NCBI GenBank assembly: GCA_050084515.1
Contig: CM114271.1
Span: 40,176,001-40,240,000 of the forward strand
From: Blasia pusilla
Taxonomy: Eukaryota
Length of the DNA stretch: 64,000 nucleotides
Direction: 5' to 3'
The notes under the pieces were generated by a model that ran no database searches, was not told the DNA's origin, and saw only the letters and a program-made list of their open reading frames with translations. Shown here in pieces: positions 51,491 through 64,000 of this stretch. Made by a program: the position numbers and the translations under genes. Each line of letters opens with the position of its first letter. Within the stretch, counting starts at the first letter, position 1.

Positions 51491-54400
51491 ATGGCGGGTG
51501 CGGTGAAGAGTATTGGGCTCCCATGGGTTCACTCAGGTGTAGTATGTACGGGATGCCAAGTCAATCCTATCACCGGCTATCGTTACAAGTGCGAAACGTA
51601 TGTATTCTCAATCTTCATCCAATTGAATCCAACAATCAATGTCCATCCAATCCTTGAAACTCAGATGACAGCAAGTTCTCGTGCCGATGCCTTTCCATTC
51701 TGTTCTCAAGTTCCCAGCCAGTTGTCTGTTTCATGCCAGAGTGGGTTGACACCTTACAGCCGCATCTTTTCTTGGTTCTATTCGATGCAGCTGCGTGGAA
51801 CATGACTTGTGCGAGAAATGCTTTCGCTTGGGTCATGCACAGATGGGACATAAGTTCCTGCGGATAGCGAGGGATAGTAATAATTTTCACCCTCCCTTTC
51901 AAGTGTACTATATCGTGTGCGATGAGTGTGGACAAGGACCAATCGAAGGAAGACGATACCTTCATAAGTGGTGAGTGTTTCCTGATCTTGATCACTCCCT
52001 ATTAGGCCAGGCTTTGAATTAAAGACGTATTGAGATGAAGCCTGTGCTACTTCCTCACCCTACGATTATAGAATTCAGGACGGCGTTTGTCGTGATCGCC
52101 AATGTTTAGACTACAGGCGTCTATCTGTGTCCAGGAACTCATCTCGGATCTGACAAGAAATCTCGACTGTGCATAGGCGTCCCAACTACAATCTCTGCAA
52201 CGGCTGCTTCACTAGACTGCAAAGGCCAGGCTTTGACGCCAGTAGGGAGTTTGAGGCTATTGATGAAGTCAAGATACAAACAATTTTCCCTACGCATATT
52301 CCGGTTTATCACTTTCACAAGCAGTGTGGGTCTTGTGGCATCACTCCAATATGTGGACCTCGTTTTGATTCACTCGTGTACGTAAGCTATGACACTCATT
52401 CACCTGCCATGCTCCGTGTCGACCGTGCGATGTGTTGGACTCATGATGGTGGGAAAGCGAAACGCTATCTCATGTTCTGATGCGTGGTGGAGTGCAGATA
52501 TATGGACTACTCGCTTTGTTTGGTATGTTTTGATACAAAATTTGTCAAGAGAGCCATAAAAAATGATGACTACATCAGAATCGAGCGTCCAGAGCCGGTC
52601 AGAGTTCGTCAAATTGCTGTCTATTCGTGTATGAGCTGTGGAGATGCACCAATTTGTGGGCCTGCTTATGTTCACCAACGGTCAGTGGACCCAAAAATCC
52701 GCCCAAGTATTCTCTTTATTTCTTTATTTTGTTGGCTGATTGTCTAAAAGCGTGATTCTCTTCCGTGACTTCGCTAAGCATAGGTCAAAGATCTTAGCCA
52801 TGAGCTGAGCAGAAACACATTTTGAAATTCTGCCTTCCACGTTTCCTCTGTTATGGACAGGTTACCCGAAAAGATATACTGTATTCTTTGCTACATGAAC
52901 GTCCCGCGTCAGTTTGAGTACAGCAGAGTTGAGGCACCTTCTCAATTTGGTGAACCGCCTGCTCCTGCTTTTGCACGACAAACTCCACTTGTAACGGGAG
53001 GATCAGTACGACATGAAGATTATGAGAACCTCGCTCAGAAATTTGAGTTGTACAGGAAGGAGAAGGAAGAGAAGGAGGAAGCAGCAAGAGTGGTAGCAAA
53101 GAAGTATATGGAGCTCACTGAAAAATTTGAGCAGTATCAGCAGAGAGCGCAAGGGAGTGGGAGTTTTAGACAGCAAGAGCTTGTTGCTAAAGAGCACGAG
53201 AAATATATGAGTGAAATCGAGGCACTGAAGAAGCAAAAGGATGATGATGCTGAGTATGCTACTAGAATCTATGTTAGTCGCATTGAAGCTTTGGAGGCAA
53301 TTGTGGCAGAGAAGGAAGCAGCCGTGAGAAAAACTGAAGCAACTTATGCAGCACTTAACGAGGAATTGGAGAAGCTGAATTCCCAAGAGAAAGGGAAAAC
53401 GACTGAGTCTAACAGCCTCGCTAGAGTAAAATCTGTTGATGGAGAGAGGGCAGAAACAAAAGCATCAGACTCGAGCCTCTCCCTAGAATTTGAGAAGTTG
53501 AAAATGCAGCTCTTGTCTGTAACTCAAGAGCTTGAGAAGTCCAAAGAGAGGGAAGAGGAAATGAGAACGATTGCAGTCAAGCATAATGAGCTTGTTGAGG
53601 AACACTTGAATCTCACTGAGGAATTTGACACAATAAAAAAGGAGAAGGAAGTAGCGGAAAGAAATTGTGAGCAGAAGTCCACAGATTATACAGCTCTGAA
53701 GGAAGAAGTAGCGAGGCTGAAGTTGGAAAAAGAAGAAGCTGTGGAATATGCCAGTCTTGCAAAAGAATTGGACTCACTAGATGTAGGGAAGGAGGAAACA
53801 GTGACTGCAGAGAAGTACACCAGCCTCTCTTCAGAATTTGAGAAGCTTAAAAAGGAGCACACAATTCTTACTCAGGAATTTGAGAATTTCAAAGAGGAGG
53901 TGGAAGAGATATCAAGGAGGAATGGTAAGAAATACGATGACCTCATGAGAGAGCACTTGAGCCTGACCAGTGACTTCAATACGTTGAAGGAAGAGAAGGA
54001 AGAGGTGGTACAAGTGCATGCGCAACAACATATGAGCCATCAGAAGGAGATCTTATGCCATAAAGAGGAGAAGGAAGAGGTCGTGCAACAATTAGAAGAA
54101 AAATACACAATCCTGGAGGAGGAGTTGTCTCGGCACAAGGAAGAGAAGGAAGAGGCAATACGGGTCCATGCAGAGAAAAATGCAAGCCTTGAGGAGGAAC
54201 TCTTAATCTGTAAAAAAGAGAAGGAAGAAGATGCTAAAATGCTTGCAAAATTTCAGGAAGAAAATGAGAAACGGAAAGATGAAGCAGTAGAGTGGGCTGA
54301 CCTCATTGAACAGTTCCAGGGTGTGATCAAAGACAAGGAAGCAGTCGCAGCAGAGCTTGACATGAGAGTAAAAGAGTTGGAACAGCTGGTGGTGGAGAAG

Positions 54401-55837
54401 GAGGCAGATGTTGAAAGGAAGGCAAATGATTACGTAGTTATTTATGATGAATTTGATGCCTTACATAAGGAGTATGACAAATTGCGAAGAGAGATGGAGC
54501 TTTCTATGCGGACAAATGAAGAGAGGTATGAGAATCTGAAGTTGGACTTCGAGAAGTATAGGGAAGATAAGGAAGCGGCGGAGAAAGAGTGGGCACAAGA
54601 ATGTGATAACGAGAGAAGAAAAGCTGCAGAGTTTGCCAGTAATGTTAAGGATTTGCAAGTGAAGGAGGAAGAAGGGAACTGGTATGTTGCCAAGGTTGCG
54701 GAGTTGGAAGGATTGTTGAAGGAGAAGGAAATAGGCATGAAGACTCAGTTGGAAGATCATGAACATCTTGTACAAGAATTGGAAGGACTGAAGAAGGATT
54801 TGGAAAAGTCTGAAGAAACTGCAAGAGTTAGCAGACGTGAGTTTTTGGACCTTTCTGAGGACTTTGGCAATTATAAAGAGGAGATCGAGGGAGAGATGAA
54901 AGCTAGAGCTGAGGAACATGCAAAACTTCTCCAAGAAAATGAGGAAGTGAAGAATGAAAATGCTCAGCTTATTGACGACATAAATAGTTTGGAAGAGTCA
55001 CTGAAGGAGACAGAAGCGGCAATAGAAAGTAGTGCAGCAGCTTACGCATTGGCTGTAAAGGAGGTTGAGGTTTTGAAGGAAGGGTTGGAAATTTGGGAGG
55101 AAGAGAAGAGAATGGCAGCAGCAGACCATTCTGTTGCTATTCAAGAACTAGAAACAGAAGTGAAAAGGTTGGAGAAGTTGGTACTTGAGAAGGAAGAGGT
55201 AGCAAGAGCGATTTCAGAAAAATTCTCAATTCTCTCAGTGGAGTTTGAGAGGTACAAGAAGGAGAAAATAGCAGAGGTGGAAGAGTCTAGCTTGAGTAGG
55301 CAACTGTATGCAAACCTAGCTCAGAACCTTGACAAGTCTAAGAAAGATAAAATTGCAGGGGGCAAAGTGAACATGGAGGACTTCAAAAGGCTTCAGATAG
55401 AAAATGAGGAACTGAAGGAAGAAATTCAGAGTGTGAAGGAAGATTTTGATGAGCTCTTCCCAAAATATCGAAATCTTTGTCAATCAAAGGTTACCAAGGA
55501 TGACTATGAGCGTGTTAAGACAGAACTAGAGAAGCTGAAAGCCAGCGTGCTCGACATTCCTGGTGTTGGTAAATGTGCCACCGCCGCGATTTGCACATAT
55601 GGAGTCATTGTGGAAAAGAAGAAAGTGGCTCTGGAAGAAGGCTTACAAAAGTCTCGTCTTCAGACAAAAGACCAAGACATCCTGCGGCAATCTGTAGAGT
55701 TTATGAATGATGCAGTCAAAGACCTTGACAGAGAGTTTTCCAACTTCATGGAGGAAGTTATTCCTGTCACTGATGAAGAGGCCGAAGAATTTTTCTTGAC
55801 CATGAACATTGAGACCGCTGGAGAAGCATCAAAATAA
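51491..55837 (+). CDS. Protein with four ZZ-type zinc-finger(-like) units and a long acidic coiled coil (~1215 aa, 5 exons)
   Basis: Exons 51491-51597, 51791-51970, 52177-52377, 52498-52680 and 52861-55837 splice in frame. First unit is HSGVVCTGCQVNPITGYRYKCETCVEHDLCEKC..H..H (canonical ZZ). The last exon is an open, E/K-rich heptad region of ~990 codons. Confidence 0.88.
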
Positions 55838-58800
55838 TTTAAGGTCAGTTGAGGTTGACGCCACCCCCCCAACCCCCGGCAGCTTCCTGGACATGCTCAA
55901 AAGAAGAACCTTGTTCTGACTTAATCTCTCGCATGATGAGAGAACTTAGATTATGGAGATCACACAGAAAATCAAGGCAGTGGTGGTGAAAGACCGAATT
56001 AGTTAAATTTTAGTGGATAGATCTGCACAAACCTGGTGCGACCTTGCCTTTACTCCAGAATTAAATGCTAAAGATGGTTTCTTCCCTGATTATCTTGCGG
56101 TTGCACCAGGCTAGTATACAGACCTGAAGTGCCAAAGTGCTGGAAACAGAAAATCGACATGGTAAGGCTATCTTAGGCTATGTCTGTTGAATCAATGTTG
56201 GCTTAAAGCAATCTTTGCGTCCACCCTTGCATGCAGTTTGGCTTTAATTTACAGTCTTCTGCAGGATATCTATACGACATCTCCATGTCTGATCTGTTGC
56301 ATTTCTTCTTCTTCTTCCAACCGTTTGGCTTAAAATTAGGAGTCTGCAAGGCTTGATCAATAACAATCTAGCACATGGGCCTTGAGTCCTCAGGGCCCCG
56401 GGGCTAAAAGCTTAGAGTTGCCCAGGAGGTTTGTGCTGGCACTGATTTTCTTGATTGGGCTTTGCAAATTTGTTACCAGATTAAGAATAGGTTGTGACCA
56501 TACATCACACATTTGTGTTCTACTCTTCTCAGACTATGTTTCATATCTGCAGCTTTTAGGGGACAATCTAATATTCGACTTGGGACAGCCATGGTTAACC
56601 TGGATGGAAGTTTGCGATGAGCTATTGGGAAGAAGAGATGCCCAAAAAGGGTTGCCATTACTGTATTAACATGCGACGGCGTTGTTTGGTGTTTCTTTTG
56701 CACATATTGTAAGTTGATCCCATGCCCCAGAAGTTCAAGAAAGGCATGAGGGGAATCTTCAAAATTCATGTCTCCTTCCATCCAGATATCTTACTTGCGA
56801 GAAGATAGTTGGAATTTAGAAGTTAGCTGTTGGTCTTTCTAGATTTAAAAGATTTGAGCATGCCTTCTAGGTTGCGCATATGGTGCCCTTTTCAAACATA
56901 TGTATATACCATTGTTTTGGATCCGCACTTGTGTGCATAATTGTTTTCATGTGAATTGCCATCCAGAATCTCCTTTTTTCTTGGAAACTGTGTTACTTCA
57001 AATGGAAGTGGCACTTGGGGCTGATAATAGCACAGTCGAATGAAGGAAATGTATATTTTTAGTGAACATAACAACCTATTAAGGCATCCAAATGGAATAT
57101 AGTTTGTCCTCTCCAAAATACCAAACAAGACATTCATCTAAGAGAGACTGAAAGTTTTTGCAGGAAAGTTCGAGTTTACTGTGCCAAATCCATTCTTGTG
57201 TGAGGAAAGGAAGCAGTTACATCCTCTCATAACTTCTGCTGTGCTGAGCAGGCGAACCAGAGTAGCGGATGTTCTGCTGCTGTCTCGACGACAGTGGTAG
57301 TTTCCTTTGAACATGCGAAGCTACCTCATTTCAACACAATCATGCCAGTTTCTGACCAGGATCGAGGCCTACTTCCCTATTTCCCCAAACTATTCTATAT
57401 ATCTCATGCGGATGTCCAAGATTGGGTTCCTTGCAATGGAAAAGCTTCTCCTTGAATCACCAACTTCTCCACACACAAATGGGAAAACGGGAAGTGAGAA
57501 AATAGCCTGTTCGGAAAATACTCTCTTTCTCCTCACCTTTCTTGCATGCAAACCACCAGCCTACACCCAAAAAATATTGAATGTGATTAATGTGGGGGGC
57601 TTTCGCTCGAGAATGCTATCTTGGTACTCACCTCCCACGCACACAGAGTGCGATACTATACCAAAATGAATTGTTACAGCGCTTTGTTTGGAGCTCACTC
57701 TCTATTTTTCAAGTCTGTTAGTATGTTTCGTTTGGAGCTCATTCTGTATTTTTTAAGTCGGTTAGTATGGTATTTGCATGGAGGCAGTTGTACGTTGCCC
57801 ATGTAAATAATTTTGAGTTCTCTCACCATAAGAGTGAATTTGGTTTGATTGTAATATTAAACATAATTCATGAAAGAATTTTCTTGTAAATTTTTTGAAT
57901 ATATTTTTATATATGAGCACATTTGAGTTGTATTTGAGTCTACATGTATATGAGTTGTGTAGATGATAATAACAATACATGTTGTATAAAAATGTGGAAG
58001 ATAAAATTTATACAAGGTGCAAACAACACCTTAGATGATATTTGTGCAAGGCATAAATCAAATCTCAATATAGAATAGTTCATGCGGTTCTTCAAGTATT
58101 CTTTTGTATTGAACTCAAGAATTATGAAGAAGCAATAGTGAGGGATGATCCTTCAATTATGAAAGTGCCATGATATTTTCTCTTATGCTTACGTTTTTCA
58201 AGACTTGAACCACATAATATTATTTTACAAAAAGGATCTTATTTGAAAGTAAAATAAGAAGTGAGGTAGTTTGGTCCACTAATGGACTTATAATATAATG
58301 GGAAGCAAATTAGTATCGCATGTCATAATTCTTCATGCTAGAGACCTTCTAACTCTTAAAGGTGATGTGTTAATATTCAATGGTTTTATCGTAGAGTCTA
58401 TGTTTCTTTGATGAAGATTAATGAGTCTCCTTCTTGATTCTCTGATGATCCTTACTTATCTATAAGTCATTGTCTCTACTCACCTTTTAGATATGTAGAG
58501 AAAATAATATTGATTAATTAACGAGAAAGAACTACACGACCCTATTGTAGTGAGTTAGAAGTTAAGCTTAACTTCAATAATCTTGCATTGAATTAGAAAA
58601 TGTTCTTTGAGACATGAATCCAAGAAAACCTTCCTCACAATTCACCTTAAATATTGAAATTAAAGTGACCCCTTAGAGACATTAAACCATAAGGAAATGC
58701 TAGAAAATTAAGATTATCACCAAATTATGGCTAGAATGAATTTGTGGAAAAGGGATTCTTAAGTTTAATGGGTCTTAAGAAAATTCCGGACCCTATTGAG

Positions 58801-58974
58801 GTTGGGAAAGTTAAAAATTTAAATAGGGAAAATATATGGCCTTGCGAGCGCATGATGTAGCCAAATATGAAATATACCCTCTACTTGACACATGTCGAGT
58901 TCTCCCCATCAAAATGAGAAGTGTTGAACCATGGGTATTTGCAACCAAGAATTCATCCTTCTATATAAAGACTA

Positions 58975-59160
58975 TCTATATTATTATTGGAGAGTGCCCC
59001 TTCATTTTCAAACTCTTCTCCTCTTGACACTTGTCACTTTCAACCAATAGGATCGTTCGCCTTTAGAACCGATACGATTGCTCGAATTGATTTAAAATGG
59101 CACTTGAGAGTTAACTATGGGAGGCAATTCAAACTCGTGCATCACACGGGCTTACACTAG
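58975..59160 (+). mobile_element. Non-autonomous mini-Helitron
   Basis: A|TCTATATTATTATTGGAGAG ... CTCGTGCATCACACGGGC-TTACA-CTAG|T. Confidence 0.88.
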
Positions 59161-59240
59161 TATTATTTAAAGTAAGTCCTAGCCGAAGATTAAATGCATA
59201 AGCTATTTATCCACATTTATATCTCATTAGTAGGAGAGAT

Positions 59241-60097
59241 GAACTCATTTTTATATTATGAAGTAATGAATGAATATCCTATTTCACTATTCAAAAGACT
59301 CAATATGATGCACATATTAGAATCCATAAAAAGTGGGAAAGGAAACATTCTCACCATAAAAGGATAGGGAAAAAAGTGAATGACATAATTTTCCTTGTCC
59401 TTACATTTTATGCACTTTTTGACAACAAGATGGCAGGTAAGAGGGCTTAGAAGTTTAACCAAAAGGGAAAACACAATCCTCTTTTACCATAAAAATGAAA
59501 GGCCACTAAAAAGTGAAAATAGTAGAACTCATTTTTATATTATGAAGTAATGAATGAATATCCTATTTCACTATTCGAAAGACTCAATATTATGCACATA
59601 TTAGAATCCATAAAAAGTGGGAAAGGAAACATTCTCACCATAAAAGGATAGGGAAAAAAGTGAATGACATAATTTTCCTTGTCCTTACATTTTATGCACT
59701 TTTTGACAACAAGATGGTAGGTAAGAGGGCTTAGAAGTTTAGTCAAAAGGAAAAACACAATCCTTTTTTACCATAAAAATGAAAAGGCCACTAAAAAGTG
59801 AAAATAGTAGAACTCATTTTTATATTATGAAGTAATGAATGAATATCCTATTTCACTATTCGAAAGACTCAATATTATGCACATATTAGAATCCATAAAA
59901 AGTGGGAAAGGAAACATTCTCACCATAAAAGGATAGGGGAAAAAGTGAATGACATAATTTTCCTTGTCCTTACATTTTATGCACTTTTTGACAACAAGAT
60001 GGTAGGTAAGAGGGCTTAGAAGTTTAGTCAAAAGGAAAAACACAATCCTTTTTTACCATAAAAATGAAAAGGCCACTAAAAAGTGAAAATAGTAGAA
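59241..60097. repeat. Tandem repeat, 3 x 284-285 bp
   Basis: Units start at 59241, 59525 and 59810; units 2 and 3 are almost identical. Confidence 0.97.
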
Positions 60098-60796
60098 AAC
60101 TAGACAAAGAAGTTAGAAGGCGGGAAGACCAATGATAGAATCCCATACTTGAAACACTAATAGTTGATATTGACTGAAATCTTGATTACCATAAAGGATT
60201 TCTTATAATAGCATTTCTCTCAACAAAGCATGAGTAGAGCTAGCAACCTCATGGCCTTAGGATTTTCCAATATAATAAAAGCACATTGCCTAGAATATAA
60301 TAGACTTACATATCAAAACTTGTCAAAATGAACACTACAGGAATCTACAAGGTATAGGTATGGTCAAGACTAAAGCCTCTAAGTTAACTTGACAACAAGT
60401 ACAAATATGGTTTTACTTTCTTCACATGGAGAGGCTATTAACCCTCCATGTGGCTTGGCCAACGGTCATGGAGTTACATCCTTGTCTACACTATCAACCT
60501 TTAATTTCCCTTTGGAGGTCCCATGTATATCCTATATATCTAGAGGTTATCTATTCTCCCTTTGGTATTTTGGTTTTGCCTTCACTTAGGAGATCACATC
60601 ATTGCCCACTATCATATGCATACACATCGTTACACAATACATAAAATTGTTAGATACACAAACATATATACTAACACCGCATATAATACATCAACCATCA
60701 CATCCAAATGTATACCATCACATGCAGAGGCTTGACAACAAAAATCAGATTGTAAACATACTATATGAATAACATTAATCGAGCCAAACTCATCCT

Positions 60797-63700
60797 TGTT
60801 GTGCGCATATACATCGCTACACAACATACATCGTTGTCACCAAACACACACACAAACACACACGATCTCATGCTTACTCATGGCATCCAAACAACGAGAC
60901 AAGAAGTACCAAAATATCTCCAATTAAAACAAGGTGAAATCTCTCTCACAACACCATATCATCTCACATGTGTGCACTCTCACATGTCTCTCTCAATATC
61001 AAACCAAACCCACTCTCCTAATGAGAGGCTTGGATTACATTCACAAGGCAAGGGACCATAGATCCGCCGCCTCTTGCCAAGAGGTTCAACAAAGAAAGAA
61101 TGAGCTCTCAAGCTCTCTCTCCTTGAGGTATATCCCTCCCCTCTCCCAAGCTCTCTCCATGGTAACCTATGCTCCCAAGTCATCTCCTTGGCTCTTGACC
61201 TGATGTAGGAGATCAAGGGCCACTTCCCAAAATATAATTTTGACCATATACTCAAAACAATACATACCTAAAATAGTAAGTTCCTCAATATGGCTCCAAA
61301 TGAGCCGAAACGAAGGGGAAACCTGCTCTCTCTCTGGTTTCTCGGGGCCTGAGCAGGTCATCCTCGACCTCTTGAGCATATCCTCTACTACTCGCGAAGG
61401 CGCTCTACTAGATCTCACTGATCTATCCTAAAAGATGTGACAATTGTCGTGTGCATACACATCGCTACACAACATATATCGTTGTCACCAAACACACGCA
61501 CGATCCCATGCTAACTCATGGCATCCAAACAATGAGACAAGTACCAAAATATCTCCAATCGCCCCCCTAGTTGGTGGTTAGGTCCCTCTAACTCCAGATA
61601 GCCATCTATTCCTACCAACCATGACATACATCTCTTGGACGCTACGAGCAAAAAGGCCGAGTGCTCATGTGGCCCCATTGTTAGTCACCTCCTTGTCATC
61701 CATGTCACAGACACAAGTCGGAAGCTAAAACTACCTAGTCTATGTACATCTAGGATACATCCATTGTCCGTGAGGAACCCTAGTGAGAGGTGGCGTCAAA
61801 CATGCCATATGCCATCCTCTCGAACATCCATCATAGACTAGCATAGTGGCTGCACCACGGGTGGAACCACACAACATACATCGCAAGCATGCAGGAACAA
61901 CTGCTAAGCTCGGATCAACTATATCGTCAATGTTTGGAAGATGACATGGGGCACAATTACGCACATGGTCCTTCCAAACCATACCATCGCGTCCCTTCAA
62001 TAAGAGAACACCGGATGGCAAAATCTCACGCACTCTCAAGATGGTGCGCCCTGCATTCATATCCAATGTCGTGGATGCCGTCTGCTGCAAGTAGACATAA
62101 TCTCCTTGATGAAACCTCTGGATAGTAGGTCGATAACCACCTCCCGGTATAGTTGCATATCTCAATGTATCTCGATGCTGCGCAATCGCCAAGTTCTCAA
62201 ATGCCATGGGCATCACTCTTCGAAACAATTCAGCCCTCTGAGAACATGCTCGCATCCATACATCAAGGTCATCAAGGTTCAACATCTCACCAACATCTCG
62301 ACGAATGGCCACAGGTAAATCTGGCTCTCGGCCATACAAAAGCAAGTACGGTGAGAAAGACGCTAAGGATTCCTGCTTGTTGAATCTGTATCCCATTGCT
62401 AACCACGGAAATTGGAAGTCCCAATCTCCTAGATGACTTCTCTGCAAGCCATATTTGCGTAATTCTCTCTTCACCGTCTGCACAACCCCCTCCGCTAGTC
62501 CATCCGCCTCAAGATGATCTCGCGAAGTAGTACGGTGGTCGATGAGTGTCTGATCACCCAAGGCTTGAAACTCCTCGCGGAACTATGTATCTTGTTCTGT
62601 CAACACCTCAGCTGGTGCGCCGTAATGACTCAACACCCGATCTAAGAAGGCATACGCTACTTCCTCACTCGCTTTATCACGCAATGCAACCAACTCTATC
62701 CACTTGGAGAAGTGCTCAACCATCACCAACACATAACGACTATGGCGCTCTGTCAAAGGTAAAGGTCTTGCAAAATCCAAACTCTATCAATAACCTAAAC
62801 GCGTGATCAGAAGTGGATGAAATTGTGGAGTTGGAGCATTGAACGATGCCAAGACTCGATCACACACCACGCATCTTGCAACAAAGTGCTACATGTCAAT
62901 CTGCATGCCTCGCCACCAATACTGAATTTGGAGCAAGCTATACATCCGCTTCACTCCATAATGACCCAACTCCTCATTGGCATGACGCACCAAATGTGCT
63001 CTCTATAAAGGATGAGGCACTACACGCACTCTACCATCCTTCCATACTCAAAACATATGTGTCCCCTCCCACCAGAACCATCTGGCTCGCTGTAGGATCC
63101 AATCTTGCTCTCTAGCTCCCACTATGCTCGCAACGCTGCTAGTACGCAAGTACTCCAAGACTACTCCATCATCGTGAATATCTCGGCCATCTGTCGTCTC
63201 CTCATCGGCCTCTGGATCTAAGGACTCTCCATCAAATCTTGCCATCAAAGTCTCAACAACCTGGCTCTCCATAGCCAAAAAGCCCAAATAGGCTGACACG
63301 TGCCATCTTGGCACCAACTCCTCATCACTCTCTCCATGCCAACGAGCTCCAGTCGCATCTTGCTAACTCGGGCATAGGTTACGGCTCAAACCAACTGCAT
63401 CATGGTTGAGCATCCGAGGTCTATGCACCACTTGGAAGTCATACTCGTGCAACAAAAGAGCCCACCTCACGAGCTTCCTTGTAAGCTTGTCGGACTCCAT
63501 CAACCACTTAAATGGAAAATGATCAATAATGATGGTAAAGGGATTTTGGAATAGATAACATCCGAAATGTGCAACAACCCACACTGCAGCCAAGCACTCA
63601 TCCTCAAACGAGCTATACTTTGCCTCTGCAGCGTTTTTTGAGCAACTAGCGTAAGCCACCATGAACTCTCTACCATCATCGTCATGCTGAGTGAGCACGA

Positions 63701-64000
63701 CTCCAAGCCCCAAAATGCTCCAATCGGTATGCAACTGGAAAGGACGCCCCCTGATCGGTCTCCTCAATATGGGCACGGGCGTCAATCTATCCTTGAGCAT
63801 CTGAAATGCTCTCTCATGCTTATCCTCCCAGTGCCACTCATGATCCACCTTGGTCAGCAAGGTCAGTGGTTTCACAATCGAGCTGAAACCCTTGACGTAC
63901 CGTCGATAGAAGTTGGCCAATCCCATGAATATACGAACTCGACTCACATTTGTAGGGCGTAGAATGCGTGAAATAGCCTCTACCTTCGTCTGCTACATCC
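60797..64000 (-). mobile_element. Second copy of the Gypsy family (3' part: RT end-RH-IN-PHD plus B1-A2-B2 repeats); continues beyond the window
   Basis: ORFs 63363-63947 (FMGLANFYRRYV, LHTDWS, RNase H), 62583-62780 and 61740-62561 (integrase + PHD). Repeats B2 60797-~60924, A2 ~60925-61442, B1 61445-61559. Confidence 0.93.

Noticed and set aside
53003-54934. Minus-strand ORFs opposite the coiled-coil exon
   Set aside because: Antisense shadows of biased E/K codons.
58020-58500. Possible Copia RT relic (KNYEEA, DV..FNG-like)
   Set aside because: Too degenerate to support without a search.
59241-60097. CRISPR array or three repeated small genes
   Set aside because: Whole 285-bp units repeat with no unique spacers, the context is eukaryotic, and the 72-aa ORFs are by-products of the repeat.

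Overview
Repeat-rich nuclear DNA from a non-seed land plant, probably a bryophyte (inferred from spliceosomal genes, the plastid atpA insert and a CRE-type retroposon). There are three intron-containing host genes: an aldo-keto reductase (- strand, possible frame lesion at exon 8), CKS1, and a gene with four ZZ-type zinc-finger units followed by a long coiled coil. The rest is mostly decayed transposons: Helitrons (one full-length, five ~200-bp minis, remnants), a PIF/Harbinger element, a 5'-truncated CRE-like non-LTR element and tandem repeats. The standout is a Ty3/Gypsy-type family present three times (11376-21366, 60797->64000, and a diverged, internally deleted relative). Its domain order is Gag-PR-[DNMT3-like C5 cytosine methyltransferase]-RT-RH-DDE integrase-PHD finger. 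It is bounded not by ordinary LTRs but by split direct repeats (A1-ORFs-B1-A2-B2), whose internal B1/A2 joint reconstructs to a palindromic end-to-end junction, GACA-GC-TGTC. All assignments come from motif recognition by eye; no searches were run.
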